From the NCBI GenBank assembly GCA_030626685.1, contig DAOUTL010000001.1:1-34409 (forward strand): a stretch of DNA of 34,409 nucleotides, given 5' to 3'. The position numbers were made by a program, and so were the translations under genes. Under the pieces are notes generated by a model that did not search any database, had not been told where the DNA came from, and saw only the letters and a program-made list of their open reading frames with translations. The stretch comes from Candidatus Bathyarchaeota archaeon. GTDB lineage: Archaea; Thermoproteota; Bathyarchaeia; Bathyarchaeales; Bathycorpusculaceae. Positions 24,712 to 32,506 of this stretch are shown piece by piece; within the stretch, counting starts at the first letter, position 1, and each line of letters starts with the position of its first letter.

Positions 24712-25146
24712 GTCGCTTGTTGATGGTTTTCCTTTGCATTTTCTGAATCGGATAATGGCTTCATCGAGTATTATGGCCGTTAGCTTGCCTTCATCATATA
24801 GTTTCTCTATGACACCATATTCATCAGGATATTCGTTTATAAGAGCCTCGCAAGAAGACCTCTGGTTTTAACCAGAGGATGAATTGCGTAAACCTTTTAA
24901 ACATGTTCAACTTACTCCTTTTTGATGAAGCCGAAGGCTTGTAGCCTCTCAGACGGAAGCAACTGCAAACGATGAGCATTGAACCTCTGAAACGAGGGAA
25001 CATCCAACTGCTCTGCACACTCATGGATGGTGCGAGCATGCTGTAAGTGGCATAGGCCACCTCTATGGTATGTAGGGGTTGCAGGTGAACCAGCCCAGAA
25101 CTTCTCCTACGGATAGCCTGAATCCGATGATGAGAGGAGAAGCCAC
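24712..25146 (-). pseudogene. decayed DUF3368-type PIN-like toxin gene
   Basis: A GTG at 25146 directly follows the UPF0175 stop. VASPLIIGFRLSVGEVLGWFTCNPYIP then hits a stop at 25063. A later frame (24712-24850) encodes GVIEKLYDEGKLTAIILDEAIIRFRK, resembling TIVAAKELGGTAIIDDEEARVIAK of the intact paralogue. Confidence 0.5.
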
Positions 25147-25170
25147 TCAACTTGTTGAGTGGTAGTTCAC
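25133..25170 (-). repeat. GTGAACTACC junction element, copy X2
   Basis: Plus strand reads GGTAGTTCAC at 25161-25170, preceded by hairpin CCACTCAA-CTTG-TTGAGTGG. Spans the UPF0175 stop and the DUF3368 pseudogene start. Confidence 0.6.
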
Positions 25171-25455
25171 AAGTCTTCTCGCGTGTTTTCTGTTTTCTTT
25201 TGCTTGTTCGGCTGTTGAACCCGTCTCTAATTCATAGGTTTTCGTTAGACTTAGGACGTCATGGACTGATAGGTCGAGTATCTCAGCGGTTTTTGAGAGC
25301 GAGATTTTTCCTTTAGCGTAGAGGTTTAGAACGTAGGGTTTTATTCCTTCATAGAGCAGTCTTCTCAGAGCAGTCTTTTCATCTATGTATTCCTCCTTAG
25401 CTAAAGTTTCCACTACATATCTCATGCTTTCCGGTATCTTCAGATTAACTTCCAC
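25147..25455 (-). CDS. UPF0175-family HTH antitoxin
   Basis: 102 aa. LYAKGKISLSKTAEILDLSVHDVLSLTKTYELE is similar to the paralogue at 27503-27808. Confidence 0.75.
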   Translation of the reverse strand: MEVNLKIPESMRYVVETLAKEEYIDEKTALRRLLYEGIKPYVLNLYAKGKISLSKTAEILDLSVHDVLSLTKTYELETGSTAEQAKENRKHARRLVNYHSTS

Positions 25456-25588
25456 CTTCCATCACCCTCTTAGCTGCCAAGCAGTTCTCCCCATTAATAT
25501 CGTTCTCCTCGTTACATATTTAAACTTCTTAATCCTCTTCCCTTGCTTTTTTTTAGTCATTTCAACAGTCCCTCTGGACAGTGTGTTT

Positions 25589-26056
25589 TCAGGTACGCAA
25601 ATTCCTTGGTGGCTTTGATGTATTCACAGTTTTAATCTTAAAGTAGTCTTTGACTCTTGCAGTCTGGAAATATATCAGACAACCTATACTACACGCTAAA
25701 GGAAACAATGTGAAATGCCCAAGATAGTGGAAAACATAGTTCCAGACAACAGAGTATTCCCACCAAGAGGAGAATGCTATAGTCGTTAACCAAAGCAACA
25801 TTGATGCATACCATACATACTTTGACGTTCTACTAAACATAACAATTGAAAGGAAAAATGCATAAACTGACAGTATGAAAGAAACAGGTATAGAAGGATA
25901 AGATAACATCACATATAGCCAATTAACACCAACTCCAGCAACACTACCTCCAACAAAAAGAAGACCAACATTCATCACAAAGAGCATGAATAATGCACCA
26001 GAACTCAACAATGTTAATATTGCTACCAATGTCACGCCTAAAGGTCTTTCATTCAT
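25589..26056 (-). CDS. multi-pass membrane protein, function unknown
   Basis: 155 aa with four to five hydrophobic segments. Confidence 0.6.
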   Translation of the reverse strand: MNERPLGVTLVAILTLLSSGALFMLFVMNVGLLFVGGSVAGVGVNWLYVMLSYPSIPVSFILSVYAFFLSIVMFSRTSKYVWYASMLLWLTTIAFSSWWEYSVVWNYVFHYLGHFTLFPLACSIGCLIYFQTARVKDYFKIKTVNTSKPPRNLRT

Positions 26057-26152
26057 TTTCTCATATCACTATTTCACTTTTCTTAGTATCCTCAATCAGC
26101 TATGGTGAACACGCACAGATAACTCTTCCATTCTCCTTACTAAGGGCAGTCT

Positions 26153-26602
26153 TCACGTATTTTTCCTTTCTTTCCGTTCTGCAACATATCGATATGTTAT
26201 GTTATTCTCCGTGACGAAGAATGCGTCGCCTTCAGCTGTTTTTGTATAGAACATTCTTAGGTCGTAGTCGTCTGCCAATTTCTTGAGGGCTTCCATTGAA
26301 CCGAGCGTTTGCGTTTTCAGTTCCGGCACGTCTTTAGATTCTATCATTATCCTCTCCGATTCGGGAAGCTCGTCAAACTCTGCTTTGCCGACTTTGTACC
26401 TCCACGCAGTCAGCGAAGACCCCACAATTATCCAAGCGATCAACGCAACAATCATCGTAGCGAGCCTCAGTGGCAGTGCAGATGCTATTTCCTCCTCTGT
26501 CGGCATACCCACACAACACAACGCCGTGTAGTAAACCCCATAGGAAAGCAGAGCGGTGACTATCACCGTTAGAACAGCCATTATCTTCCATGAAAACTTC
26601 AA
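26153..26602 (-). CDS. membrane protein with cytoplasmic C-terminal domain, function unknown
   Basis: 149 aa. Two N-terminal TM segments. The start overlaps the upstream relic's stop by 4 nt. Confidence 0.6.
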   Translation of the reverse strand: MKFSWKIMAVLTVIVTALLSYGVYYTALCCVGMPTEEEIASALPLRLATMIVALIAWIIVGSSLTAWRYKVGKAEFDELPESERIMIESKDVPELKTQTLGSMEALKKLADDYDLRMFYTKTAEGDAFFVTENNITYRYVAERKERKNT

Positions 26603-26765
26603 TCCTCCATCACCACCAAGGTTGTACTCCCTGAACTCGCCCCAAAGTAGCTATCATCACCCTTCCAGCTTGCTTTGATCTCATATGACACGCTTTCTGT
26701 AGGTTTCCATTTATATCCATATCTTCCGTATGCGTTTGAGGTTACTGGTCTACCGATGGGCACAC
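26599..26765 (-). pseudogene. C-terminal relic of an Ig-like adhesin or surface protein
   Basis: SVSYEIKASWKGDDSYFGASSGSTTLVV is the typical last strand pattern of Big/Ig-like repeats. Sequence upstream of about 26765 is not protein-like in this frame. Confidence 0.45.
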
Positions 26766-26992
26766 ACGTAGGGTTCACGAACCGCGACAGAGAACTCGTC
26801 GAGGCTCTAATCAAACACATGAACCTTGGACGTAAAGACCCCTTAAGACCTGCTGCTGAAGAAGTCAATATGGACTATCAAAGCGCAAGGAACCGCCTTT
26901 ACAGGCTTAGGAACCGATACGACAAGGCCGTGCTTTTCATTAAGGAGTACAGGGGCTACGAGAAAAAGATTAAGGGGAGACGCTACCTGTGA
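26756..26992 (+). CDS. small HTH protein (LuxR / sigma-70 region 4-like)
   Basis: FTNRDRELVEALIKHMN...AAEEVNMDYQSARNRLYRLRNRYDKA. The internal ATG at 26756 is preferred. Confidence 0.5.
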   Translation: MGTHVGFTNRDRELVEALIKHMNLGRKDPLRPAAEEVNMDYQSARNRLYRLRNRYDKAVLFIKEYRGYEKKIKGRRYL

Positions 26993-27537
26993 GACTGGAG
27001 GCGCTGCTCTATCCTCCTGTATGCTTGGAGGAGTGTTTCAGGATCTAAGTGTAGACCTGATTTTATGAGTCGCTCTAGCATGTTCTTAGCTTCGCTTGTA
27101 TCTATCTTCCTTAATTTAAGTAGGCGAAAGAGTAGGAACAAGCAGCCTGGCGCTGCCTTGACATTGTAGACTTTGGCTATCACCCTAGCCTCTTCGTCAT
27201 CTATGATGGCTGTTCCTCCCAGCTCCTTAGCAGCAACTATGGTTTCACCTTCCCCTTTGTGGATTTCCCCGTGTTTAAGAAGGGTTTTAACAGTGTTCCC
27301 CATTTTAACTTCATAAACCTTCAACCTTCCACTCTTCACAGCCTCCTCAATGGCTAAAGAGTCGGGAAAATTTTCTCCTCTGGTCACGGTTTCTAAGTAA
27401 ACCTCTGTAGTTATGAACGCATCACATATTTCTAAAATGAGGTTTAGGCTGCCTATTTTTGAGAAGTGAATAACTGGTGTAGCGTTGAAAACGTATATGG
27501 GTTTACTGCTTCTCAAAGGCTCTTTTCCAAGCTTCAT
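26983..27537 (-). CDS. DUF3368-type PIN-like toxin
   Basis: 184 aa. ATPVIHFSKIGSLNLILEI, GEGETIVAAKELGGTAIIDDEEAR, and C-terminal AKNMLERLIKSGLHLDPE. Confidence 0.8.
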   Translation of the reverse strand: MKLGKEPLRSSKPIYVFNATPVIHFSKIGSLNLILEICDAFITTEVYLETVTRGENFPDSLAIEEAVKSGRLKVYEVKMGNTVKTLLKHGEIHKGEGETIVAAKELGGTAIIDDEEARVIAKVYNVKAAPGCLFLLFRLLKLRKIDTSEAKNMLERLIKSGLHLDPETLLQAYRRIEQRLQSHR

Positions 27538-27808
27538 CTACATCCTCTGCTGAAAGGTGCACAGGTATTTTCTCAGCCTTGGCTATATCGATCATTTCTC
27601 TAAGCGATACGCTGGCTATTTGAGCCGCCTTCCATAAAGTGCACTTGCCAGTCCTATAGAGTTCAACAGCTCTTTCCCTCCGCAAATCCTGAAGGCCTCT
27701 TGCCAAAAGCTTTCTCGCAACTGTAGACTTATCTGATTTCTCGAGCGCCGTTAACTCTTCAATGTCTTTAAACATTTCATCATCGACTCTTATCGTCACG
27801 TTCTTCAT
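27503..27808 (-). CDS. UPF0175-family HTH antitoxin
   Basis: 101 aa. ELYRTGKCTLWKAAQIASVSLREMIDIAKAEKIPV. Confidence 0.8.
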   Translation of the reverse strand: MKNVTIRVDDEMFKDIEELTALEKSDKSTVARKLLARGLQDLRRERAVELYRTGKCTLWKAAQIASVSLREMIDIAKAEKIPVHLSAEDVDEAWKRAFEKQ

Positions 27809-27841
27809 CGCACCACCGTATACAAAATACTGAAATGCATA

Positions 27842-27890
27842 TTTAACTCTGTCGGCGGGAAGTCTCCATCCGAAAGTGTAGATGAAAGGG
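27842..27890 (-). repeat. junction element, degenerate copy X5
   Basis: 27842-27864 is the reverse complement of 31734-31756 with one mismatch (block GACTTCCCGCCGAYAGAGTTAAA). The 10-mer end is degenerate. Confidence 0.5.
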
Positions 27891-28080
27891 TTTTGGCGTA
27901 AAATTTTGTTAAGGTTTATTTTAACCGGCAGTCAATTAGTCGTTAACCACGTTAACGCAGACTGGAAGTGTAATTTTGAACACTTACGTAAACTCCGAGA
28001 TGAAGTTAGAAGACGCTTGAGAGTCAAAGGGGCAAGATTTAAGTAATACTTTTATATTTGGTATTAATTCGGTGGATGTA

Positions 28081-28341
28081 ATGACTAGGGTTGTTAGCGT
28101 TACTAAGAAAGGGCAGGCAACCATCCCCAAAGATTTGAGGGAGAAGTTTGGGGTAGGGGATAGGGTTCTCGTCGTTGAGACGGATGAGGGCATACTTTTC
28201 AAGCCTCTGCCCAGACCCGAAGACGACTTCGGCTCTCTAAAGGGGGTCTTCAAGGGAAAGACGGCGAGGGAGATTCTCGAAGAGGCTAGGACGCAGGATC
28301 GGATGAGAGAGAAAAAGATGCTAGAGGGAGCCAAGAGGTGA
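28081..28341 (+). CDS. vapB: AbrB/SpoVT-type antitoxin
   Basis: MTRVVSVTKKGQATIPKDLREKFGVGDRVLVVE. TATA TTTTATATT lies about 25 nt upstream of the ATG. Confidence 0.85.
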   Translation: MTRVVSVTKKGQATIPKDLREKFGVGDRVLVVETDEGILFKPLPRPEDDFGSLKGVFKGKTAREILEEARTQDRMREKKMLEGAKR

Positions 28342-28733
28342 GCGTCGTCTTCGACACCGAGGCCCTCCTAGCCTTCTACTTAGGAGAACCTGGCGGAAAA
28401 AACGTTGAGACGTACCTGACAAAGATAATGAAAGGAGAAATAAAGGGCTACCTGAACATTATCAACCTCACAGAACTTTATCATATTCTGTACCGTAGGA
28501 GCCCTGACCTCGCCGAGGAGAAGGAACGGAACCTCAGGGACTACGGGTTGAAAATAGTTCCCGTTGACGACAACGAACTCTGGAAAGAGGCAGCGAAGAC
28601 TAAGGGAACACACGCGCTCTCCTTAGCTGACGCATTCGCGGTAGCGACCGCAAAGGTGAAGAAGGCGAATCTGCTGGTAGGTCGAGATGCTGAATTTCAC
28701 AACATGGGCGTCTCCGTAGAGCGAATAAGCTAG
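28338..28733 (+). CDS. vapC: PIN-domain toxin (VapC-like)
   Basis: 131 aa, GTG start. Motifs VVFDTEALLAFY, NLTELYHIL, SLADAFAVATA and LLVGRDAEF. Confidence 0.85.
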   Translation: MSVVFDTEALLAFYLGEPGGKNVETYLTKIMKGEIKGYLNIINLTELYHILYRRSPDLAEEKERNLRDYGLKIVPVDDNELWKEAAKTKGTHALSLADAFAVATAKVKKANLLVGRDAEFHNMGVSVERIS

Positions 28734-28795
28734 AACACCCCAAACTCTTATAACGGCGGTTGTATATTCTGTATTACGTGTATAAGGTGGGCGTG

Positions 28796-29131
28796 ATGCA
28801 GAAAACCGTTGAAAAAGGCTCGGTTGTTCCGGTTCGCTTCTCAAAAGGCGAGGTCGAGAACATCGAGAAGGCTGTGGAGAGGCTTGGGTTAAAGTCGAGA
28901 AGCGCGTTAATCAGAGAAGCGGTGGAGAAGTACATTCAAGAAGCTGGAGGCATCAGAGTCATTGAGATCAGGGAAAACGTTAACCTGCAAGATGTAAAGA
29001 AGGAGATTCTCTCATACTTGGAGCAGCACGAAGAGGCTGAAACCTTCGACATAGCCAACGACCTCAGGTTAGATTTAAACTTCACCGTTAAGGCGTTAAA
29101 AGAACTGTGGGAAGAGGGCAGGGTGAGTTGA
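28796..29131 (+). CDS. RHH (CopG-like) domain fused to a C-terminal winged-helix-like domain
   Basis: SVVPVRFSKGEVENIEKAVERLGLKSRSALIREAVEKYI, then ILSYLEQHEEAETFDIANDLRLDLNFTVKALKELWEEGRV. Confidence 0.6.
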   Translation: MQKTVEKGSVVPVRFSKGEVENIEKAVERLGLKSRSALIREAVEKYIQEAGGIRVIEIRENVNLQDVKKEILSYLEQHEEAETFDIANDLRLDLNFTVKALKELWEEGRVS

Positions 29132-29304
29132 TGGGCAAAGAGACAGGCGACAGAATCGTCGGAGAACAGATCGTCTGTGAATGTCGCAAGATTAAGGGGC
29201 CAGTCCTGACACGTAAGGGCGCACACAGAGCCCAAAGGTACGCGCTTTACGGATTTCCCACAGAAGCCATTATAACAAAGAAGTGGAGAATCAAACGCGC
29301 GTAG
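29131..29304 (+). CDS. small basic protein, function unknown
   Basis: 57 aa. TGATG overlap with the preceding gene. CECRKIKGPVLTRKGAHRAQRY. Confidence 0.35.
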   Translation: MGKETGDRIVGEQIVCECRKIKGPVLTRKGAHRAQRYALYGFPTEAIITKKWRIKRA

Positions 29305-29312
29305 CCAATGGT

Positions 29313-29666
29313 TTAACCTTTTCTTTGTTGTTCAAAGCTTTTCCTGGCAGCAACCACGTACTCGGTGAATGTGAGGTCTTTCTTCTTTTTCAATGGTAAA
29401 GGTTTTCGAATCTTTCTGTGCAGGCTTTTCATAATCTGGATTTCAAGAAGCCTCGCTCCAGAACCAAACATGCTTTCTAACGCCTTTGCAAACTCTTCAA
29501 CCTGTTCATGGATGTTCTCTCTTTTCACGTTAAACCCCTTCTCCAGGTGATAGTATACAGCCTGCCTTGCAGGGTCTCCTAACGCAAGCAAAGTCTCATC
29601 AACCGCCTCACGAAGTTTTTCTCCAAAAAGCGATTTTTCAGTCACTATGCAGTCTTTCTGTTTCAC
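29313..29666 (-). CDS. hypothetical helical protein
   Basis: 117 aa. LALGDPARQAVYYHLEKGFNVKRENIHEQVEEFAKALESMFGSGARLLE. No family recognised with confidence. Confidence 0.5.
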   Translation of the reverse strand: MKQKDCIVTEKSLFGEKLREAVDETLLALGDPARQAVYYHLEKGFNVKRENIHEQVEEFAKALESMFGSGARLLEIQIMKSLHRKIRKPLPLKKKKDLTFTEYVVAARKSFEQQRKG

Positions 29667-29787
29667 GGATCAGCCTCCTTAGAGCCTTAAAAACAACGTT
29701 AGAACATAAATTACTTATGAACTCCCAATTAAGATTTCCATGCACAAAACGTTAAAATAACGTGGAAACCAATAGGTTAGAGGGAGA

Positions 29788-30117
29788 GTGATAGAAGTGA
29801 CAAACAAAGAAAAGGAAAAGCTCCTAAAACCTAAAATTGTTAAGAGCCCAGACTACAAAGCCATCTACACCACCGGTGTCTTTGGTTCATTGACCCCCTT
29901 GGAGGGACGTATGATTTTCTATTTAGATAGGATGATACCTAGAATTAAAGAAGAACCTCCCGGAGATATGGAAACAGGTGAAATCGAACGAGAACTGTTA
30001 GTAGAGGTACATATGTCCCCAGCGGAGTGGATATCTATTTCAAACTGGATGCAAAGCCACATCAAAAGATTTAAGGAGGAAGGCGCCTTAATTAAAGAGG
30101 AGAAAACCTCTGAGTAA
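29788..30117 (+). CDS. hypothetical protein, DUF3467-like
   Basis: 109 aa, GTG start. PDYKAIYTTGVFGSLTPLEGRMIFYLDR resembles the DUF3467 core. Confidence 0.45.
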   Translation: MIEVTNKEKEKLLKPKIVKSPDYKAIYTTGVFGSLTPLEGRMIFYLDRMIPRIKEEPPGDMETGEIERELLVEVHMSPAEWISISNWMQSHIKRFKEEGALIKEEKTSE

Positions 30118-30133
30118 AGGAGAAAACCAAGCA

Positions 30134-30400
30134 ATGTCCACGCAATTTCAATCAAAGAGTTTCTGGGATTGTTCAAACGTTTCAGTAGAACCAGAAAGTG
30201 AAACTAGCCGATTAGCACAGAACGATGTTGAGTTTCAAAGGCAACCATTGATTAATATCATCTTCGTGCCGAGCTCAAGACTTCTACCTGTCTCAGATGA
30301 CAACAAGTCAAAATACTTTGAAGAGTTTATATTTGGCATTGTTGCAAAGAGGGTTCTTGATAGAAACAAAAAACTATTCGATGAGTTGTCTAAGTACTAG
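30134..30400 (+). CDS. hypothetical protein, candidate antitoxin of the downstream Doc
   Basis: 88 aa. AGGAG lies 12 nt upstream. C-terminus RVLDRNKKLFDELSKY. Ends 12 nt before the doc gene. Confidence 0.4.
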   Translation: MSTQFQSKSFWDCSNVSVEPESETSRLAQNDVEFQRQPLINIIFVPSSRLLPVSDDNKSKYFEEFIFGIVAKRVLDRNKKLFDELSKY

Positions 30401-30412
30401 TCTTGTGGACTT

Positions 30413-30802
30413 ATGTACTTTCTGACAGAAGATCAAATCCTTCGACTTCATGCAACGTTCGATGTGGTCGCCTCTGGCATGCGTTACAAAGGTGCTCTCA
30501 CTGAATGTAGAGAGAAGCCACAAATCGATATTTTTGGATATCAGCCCTACGTTGACATTTATGAAAAGGCAGCGATTTTACTACAATGTATTGTTCAGCA
30601 AACCCCTTTCAATGACGGTAACAAAAGAACGGGTCTCGTGGCATGCTTCACTTTCTTAGAAATCAATGGGTACGTAGTTAAAATAACTGTAGAAGAAGGA
30701 TTATCTTTTGCACTCAAAATCGCTAACAAGGAAGTTAAATTTGCTCAAATCGTTAATTGGCTTAAAAGTAATTCTTACTCAATTACAACATGCATCGTTT
30801 AA
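30413..30802 (+). CDS. doc: Doc (death-on-curing) family toxin
   Basis: 129 aa. AAILLQCIVQQTPFNDGNKRTGLVACFTFLEINGYVV aligns residue for residue with P1 Doc SATYLVATARGHIFNDANKRTALNSALLFLRRNGVQV. Confidence 0.85.
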   Translation: MYFLTEDQILRLHATFDVVASGMRYKGALTECREKPQIDIFGYQPYVDIYEKAAILLQCIVQQTPFNDGNKRTGLVACFTFLEINGYVVKITVEEGLSFALKIANKEVKFAQIVNWLKSNSYSITTCIV

Positions 30803-31050
30803 CCTTCTCTTTTTTGTTAAGTTAAGGGAAATTTTTGCGACCTACATGGTACGGCGTCCCTTTTCATTTTTGCAGGGGAGAAAACGTTAAAGTAATGTGG
30901 AAAACAAATGAATAAAGGTGTATGGGAAGGTTTGGTTTCTTCGGAGATTGATGTTGGTTGTTTTTGAGTTGTTGGAGTAGGGTGTAGGCGGCGTAGATGT
31001 TTTGTCTGACATTGCGAAAAATTTTGTTGGACACATTCTATGGATTTTGT

Positions 31051-31431
31051 TTAGGGGAAGAGTTTGAGTCCGAGGGGTTCTAGTGGCTTGAAGTGTTTTA
31101 GGTCTAGTGTGTAGAGGCTTGCGTTGTTGTTGATGGTTATTGCGGCTATCATTGCGTCTGTTCTGCGGATTGTTGTTCCTGTTTTTTCAATTTTTAACTC
31201 GAGTTCGGCGGCTAGTTTGGCGTCTTTTTTTGTGTAGTTTAGTACGGGTAGTTGTAGGATTTCTTTTATTGGTTTGGCGTATTTTTGGAGGCCGTATAGG
31301 ATTTCGTGGAGGTTTATGGCTGTTATGATTATGTTTTCGTTGCTTTCAATTATTTTGTTTAGGGCTTCGTCGCCCTTCTGGGATTTTTTGTCGAAGATTT
31401 CTATTAGCACATTGGTGTCTATTACTATCAT
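31051..31431 (-). CDS. vapC: PIN-domain toxin (VapC-like)
   Basis: 126 aa. MIVIDTNVLIEIF, NLHEILYGL, RRTDAMIAAITI. Confidence 0.88.
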   Translation of the reverse strand: MIVIDTNVLIEIFDKKSQKGDEALNKIIESNENIIITAINLHEILYGLQKYAKPIKEILQLPVLNYTKKDAKLAAELELKIEKTGTTIRRTDAMIAAITINNNASLYTLDLKHFKPLEPLGLKLFP

Positions 31432-31640
31432 ATTCGGCGTTCAGCTCTTGAAGCGTAGATTTCTGAGAGGATTTTGTCTTTGTCTTTGAATTCAACGCAT
31501 CCTCTGAGTTTCTTTAGGGTTTCAATGGGGTTTATGCCTTCTACTAGTCTTTCGAAGAGTTCGCTGAAGCTTTCTTTTTTTTGTTTTACTTCTAGGAGTT
31601 TTTTGTAGACTTCTTCTCTTATGGTTATGGTTTTGACCAA
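31428..31640 (-). CDS. vapB: VapB-type antitoxin
   Basis: 70 aa, TTG start. VKTITIREEVYKKLLEVKQKKESFSELFERLVE. 4-nt overlap with the PIN gene. Confidence 0.8.
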   Translation of the reverse strand: MVKTITIREEVYKKLLEVKQKKESFSELFERLVEGINPIETLKKLRGCVEFKDKDKILSEIYASRAERRI

Positions 31641-31705
31641 TCTTTTTCACTTAGAGAAAGTAGTGTTTAAACACGCATTTAAACATTTCTTGTGGGTGAT
31701 TAATG

Positions 31706-31756
31706 TGTGAACTACCCCCAGCTAACGCAGGGGGACTTCCCGCCGATAGAGTTAAA
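31706..31756 (+). repeat. GTGAACTACC junction element, copy X3
   Basis: 10-mer at 31706-31715. Hairpin CCCCC-AGCTAACGCA-GGGGG. Block ACTTCCCGCCGATAGAGTTAAAC is shared with X5. Lies 66 nt upstream of the minus-strand vapB start. Confidence 0.6.
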
Positions 31757-31776
31757 CGTTTTGGTTTTTTGTGTGG

Positions 31777-32013
31777 TTATGATTTTTCTTTTAGAAACTG
31801 AAGGAATTTTTCTCTGCTTATTCCAGCTTCCCTTATTATTGCTCTGATTAGTCCGGGTTTAATATCTTTCCCGGGATGAACTGGTATCACTATCCTTGTT
31901 TTTCTGGTGTTCATCATAATAACGTGTGAGCCTTTCTGACGGATAACTTGAAAACCCTTCTTTTCAAGGATTTTAATTAGTTTGCGAGGGTTTAGAGGCG
32001 GGATTTTAGGCAA
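31777..32013 (-). CDS. hicA: HicA mRNA interferase toxin
   Basis: 78 aa. LNPRKLIKILEKKGFQVIRQKGSHVIMMN. Confidence 0.88.
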   Translation of the reverse strand: MPKIPPLNPRKLIKILEKKGFQVIRQKGSHVIMMNTRKTRIVIPVHPGKDIKPGLIRAIIREAGISREKFLQFLKEKS

Positions 32014-32230
32014 GCGTCTTCACTTTTTGTATTCCAACCACTCTTTGCCGCAAAACATCTTTCTTTTCTTCTTCTGTTAGGGTTTCCATGTAAAGTTCAA
32101 TGCACTCTTTCATGTTTTTCATGAGTTCTTCTAGCGTGTCTCCTTGGGTGTGGCATCCAGGTAAAGCCGGAACAAATGCTATGTACCCTCCTGTTTCATC
32201 TTCAAGTATTATCATGTCGAACTCGTACAT
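32006..32230 (-). CDS. hicB: HicB-like antitoxin (UPF0150)
   Basis: 74 aa. GGYIAFVPALPGCHTQGDTLEELMKNMKECIELYME. Confidence 0.85.
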   Translation of the reverse strand: MYEFDMIILEDETGGYIAFVPALPGCHTQGDTLEELMKNMKECIELYMETLTEEEKKDVLRQRVVGIQKVKTLA

Positions 32231-32506
32231 TACATAGTCCTTCTATATCAGAACTTGCAGTAATTGATATAAGAGTTTTGATCCACTCTTCAGAAGTGTG
32301 AGAGAGGTTGAAAGGCAGGAGTTTTCTTCTGTCGTGAACCGAAATGTTGGAAAGGGCTCTTCTATATACGTTTTGTGTGTACAAGTTGTAAAGGCGTTTT
32401 GGAAATGTGTACAATTTCTAATGCACGTTAGCATTTGTTCACATAAGAAATAAATACTTAAGCCACGATAGAAAGGACACGCAAAAATTTAAAAGGAGAA
32501 AAGAAA

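Noticed and set aside
24921-25145. C/D-box sRNA candidates (TGATGA...CTGA around 24921-24995; CTGA-ATCCG-ATGATGA at 25118-25133)
   Set aside because: Box spacing does not fit the 12-nt guide rule. The matching terminal C or D boxes are absent or mutated.
24855-25170. Hairpin-rich 320-nt stretch considered as a structured ncRNA (SRP RNA, RNase P RNA or a group II intron fragment)
   Set aside because: No conserved core motifs of those RNAs could be found. Translation reveals DUF3368-like peptide segments in shifting frames, so a decayed toxin gene explains it better.
20502-31715. GGTAGTTCAC read as tRNA positions 8-15 preceded by an acceptor stem (tRNA 5' fragments)
   Set aside because: The seven nucleotides before TAGTTCAC differ in every copy and do not start with G. 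They do not complement any of the 3' fragments.
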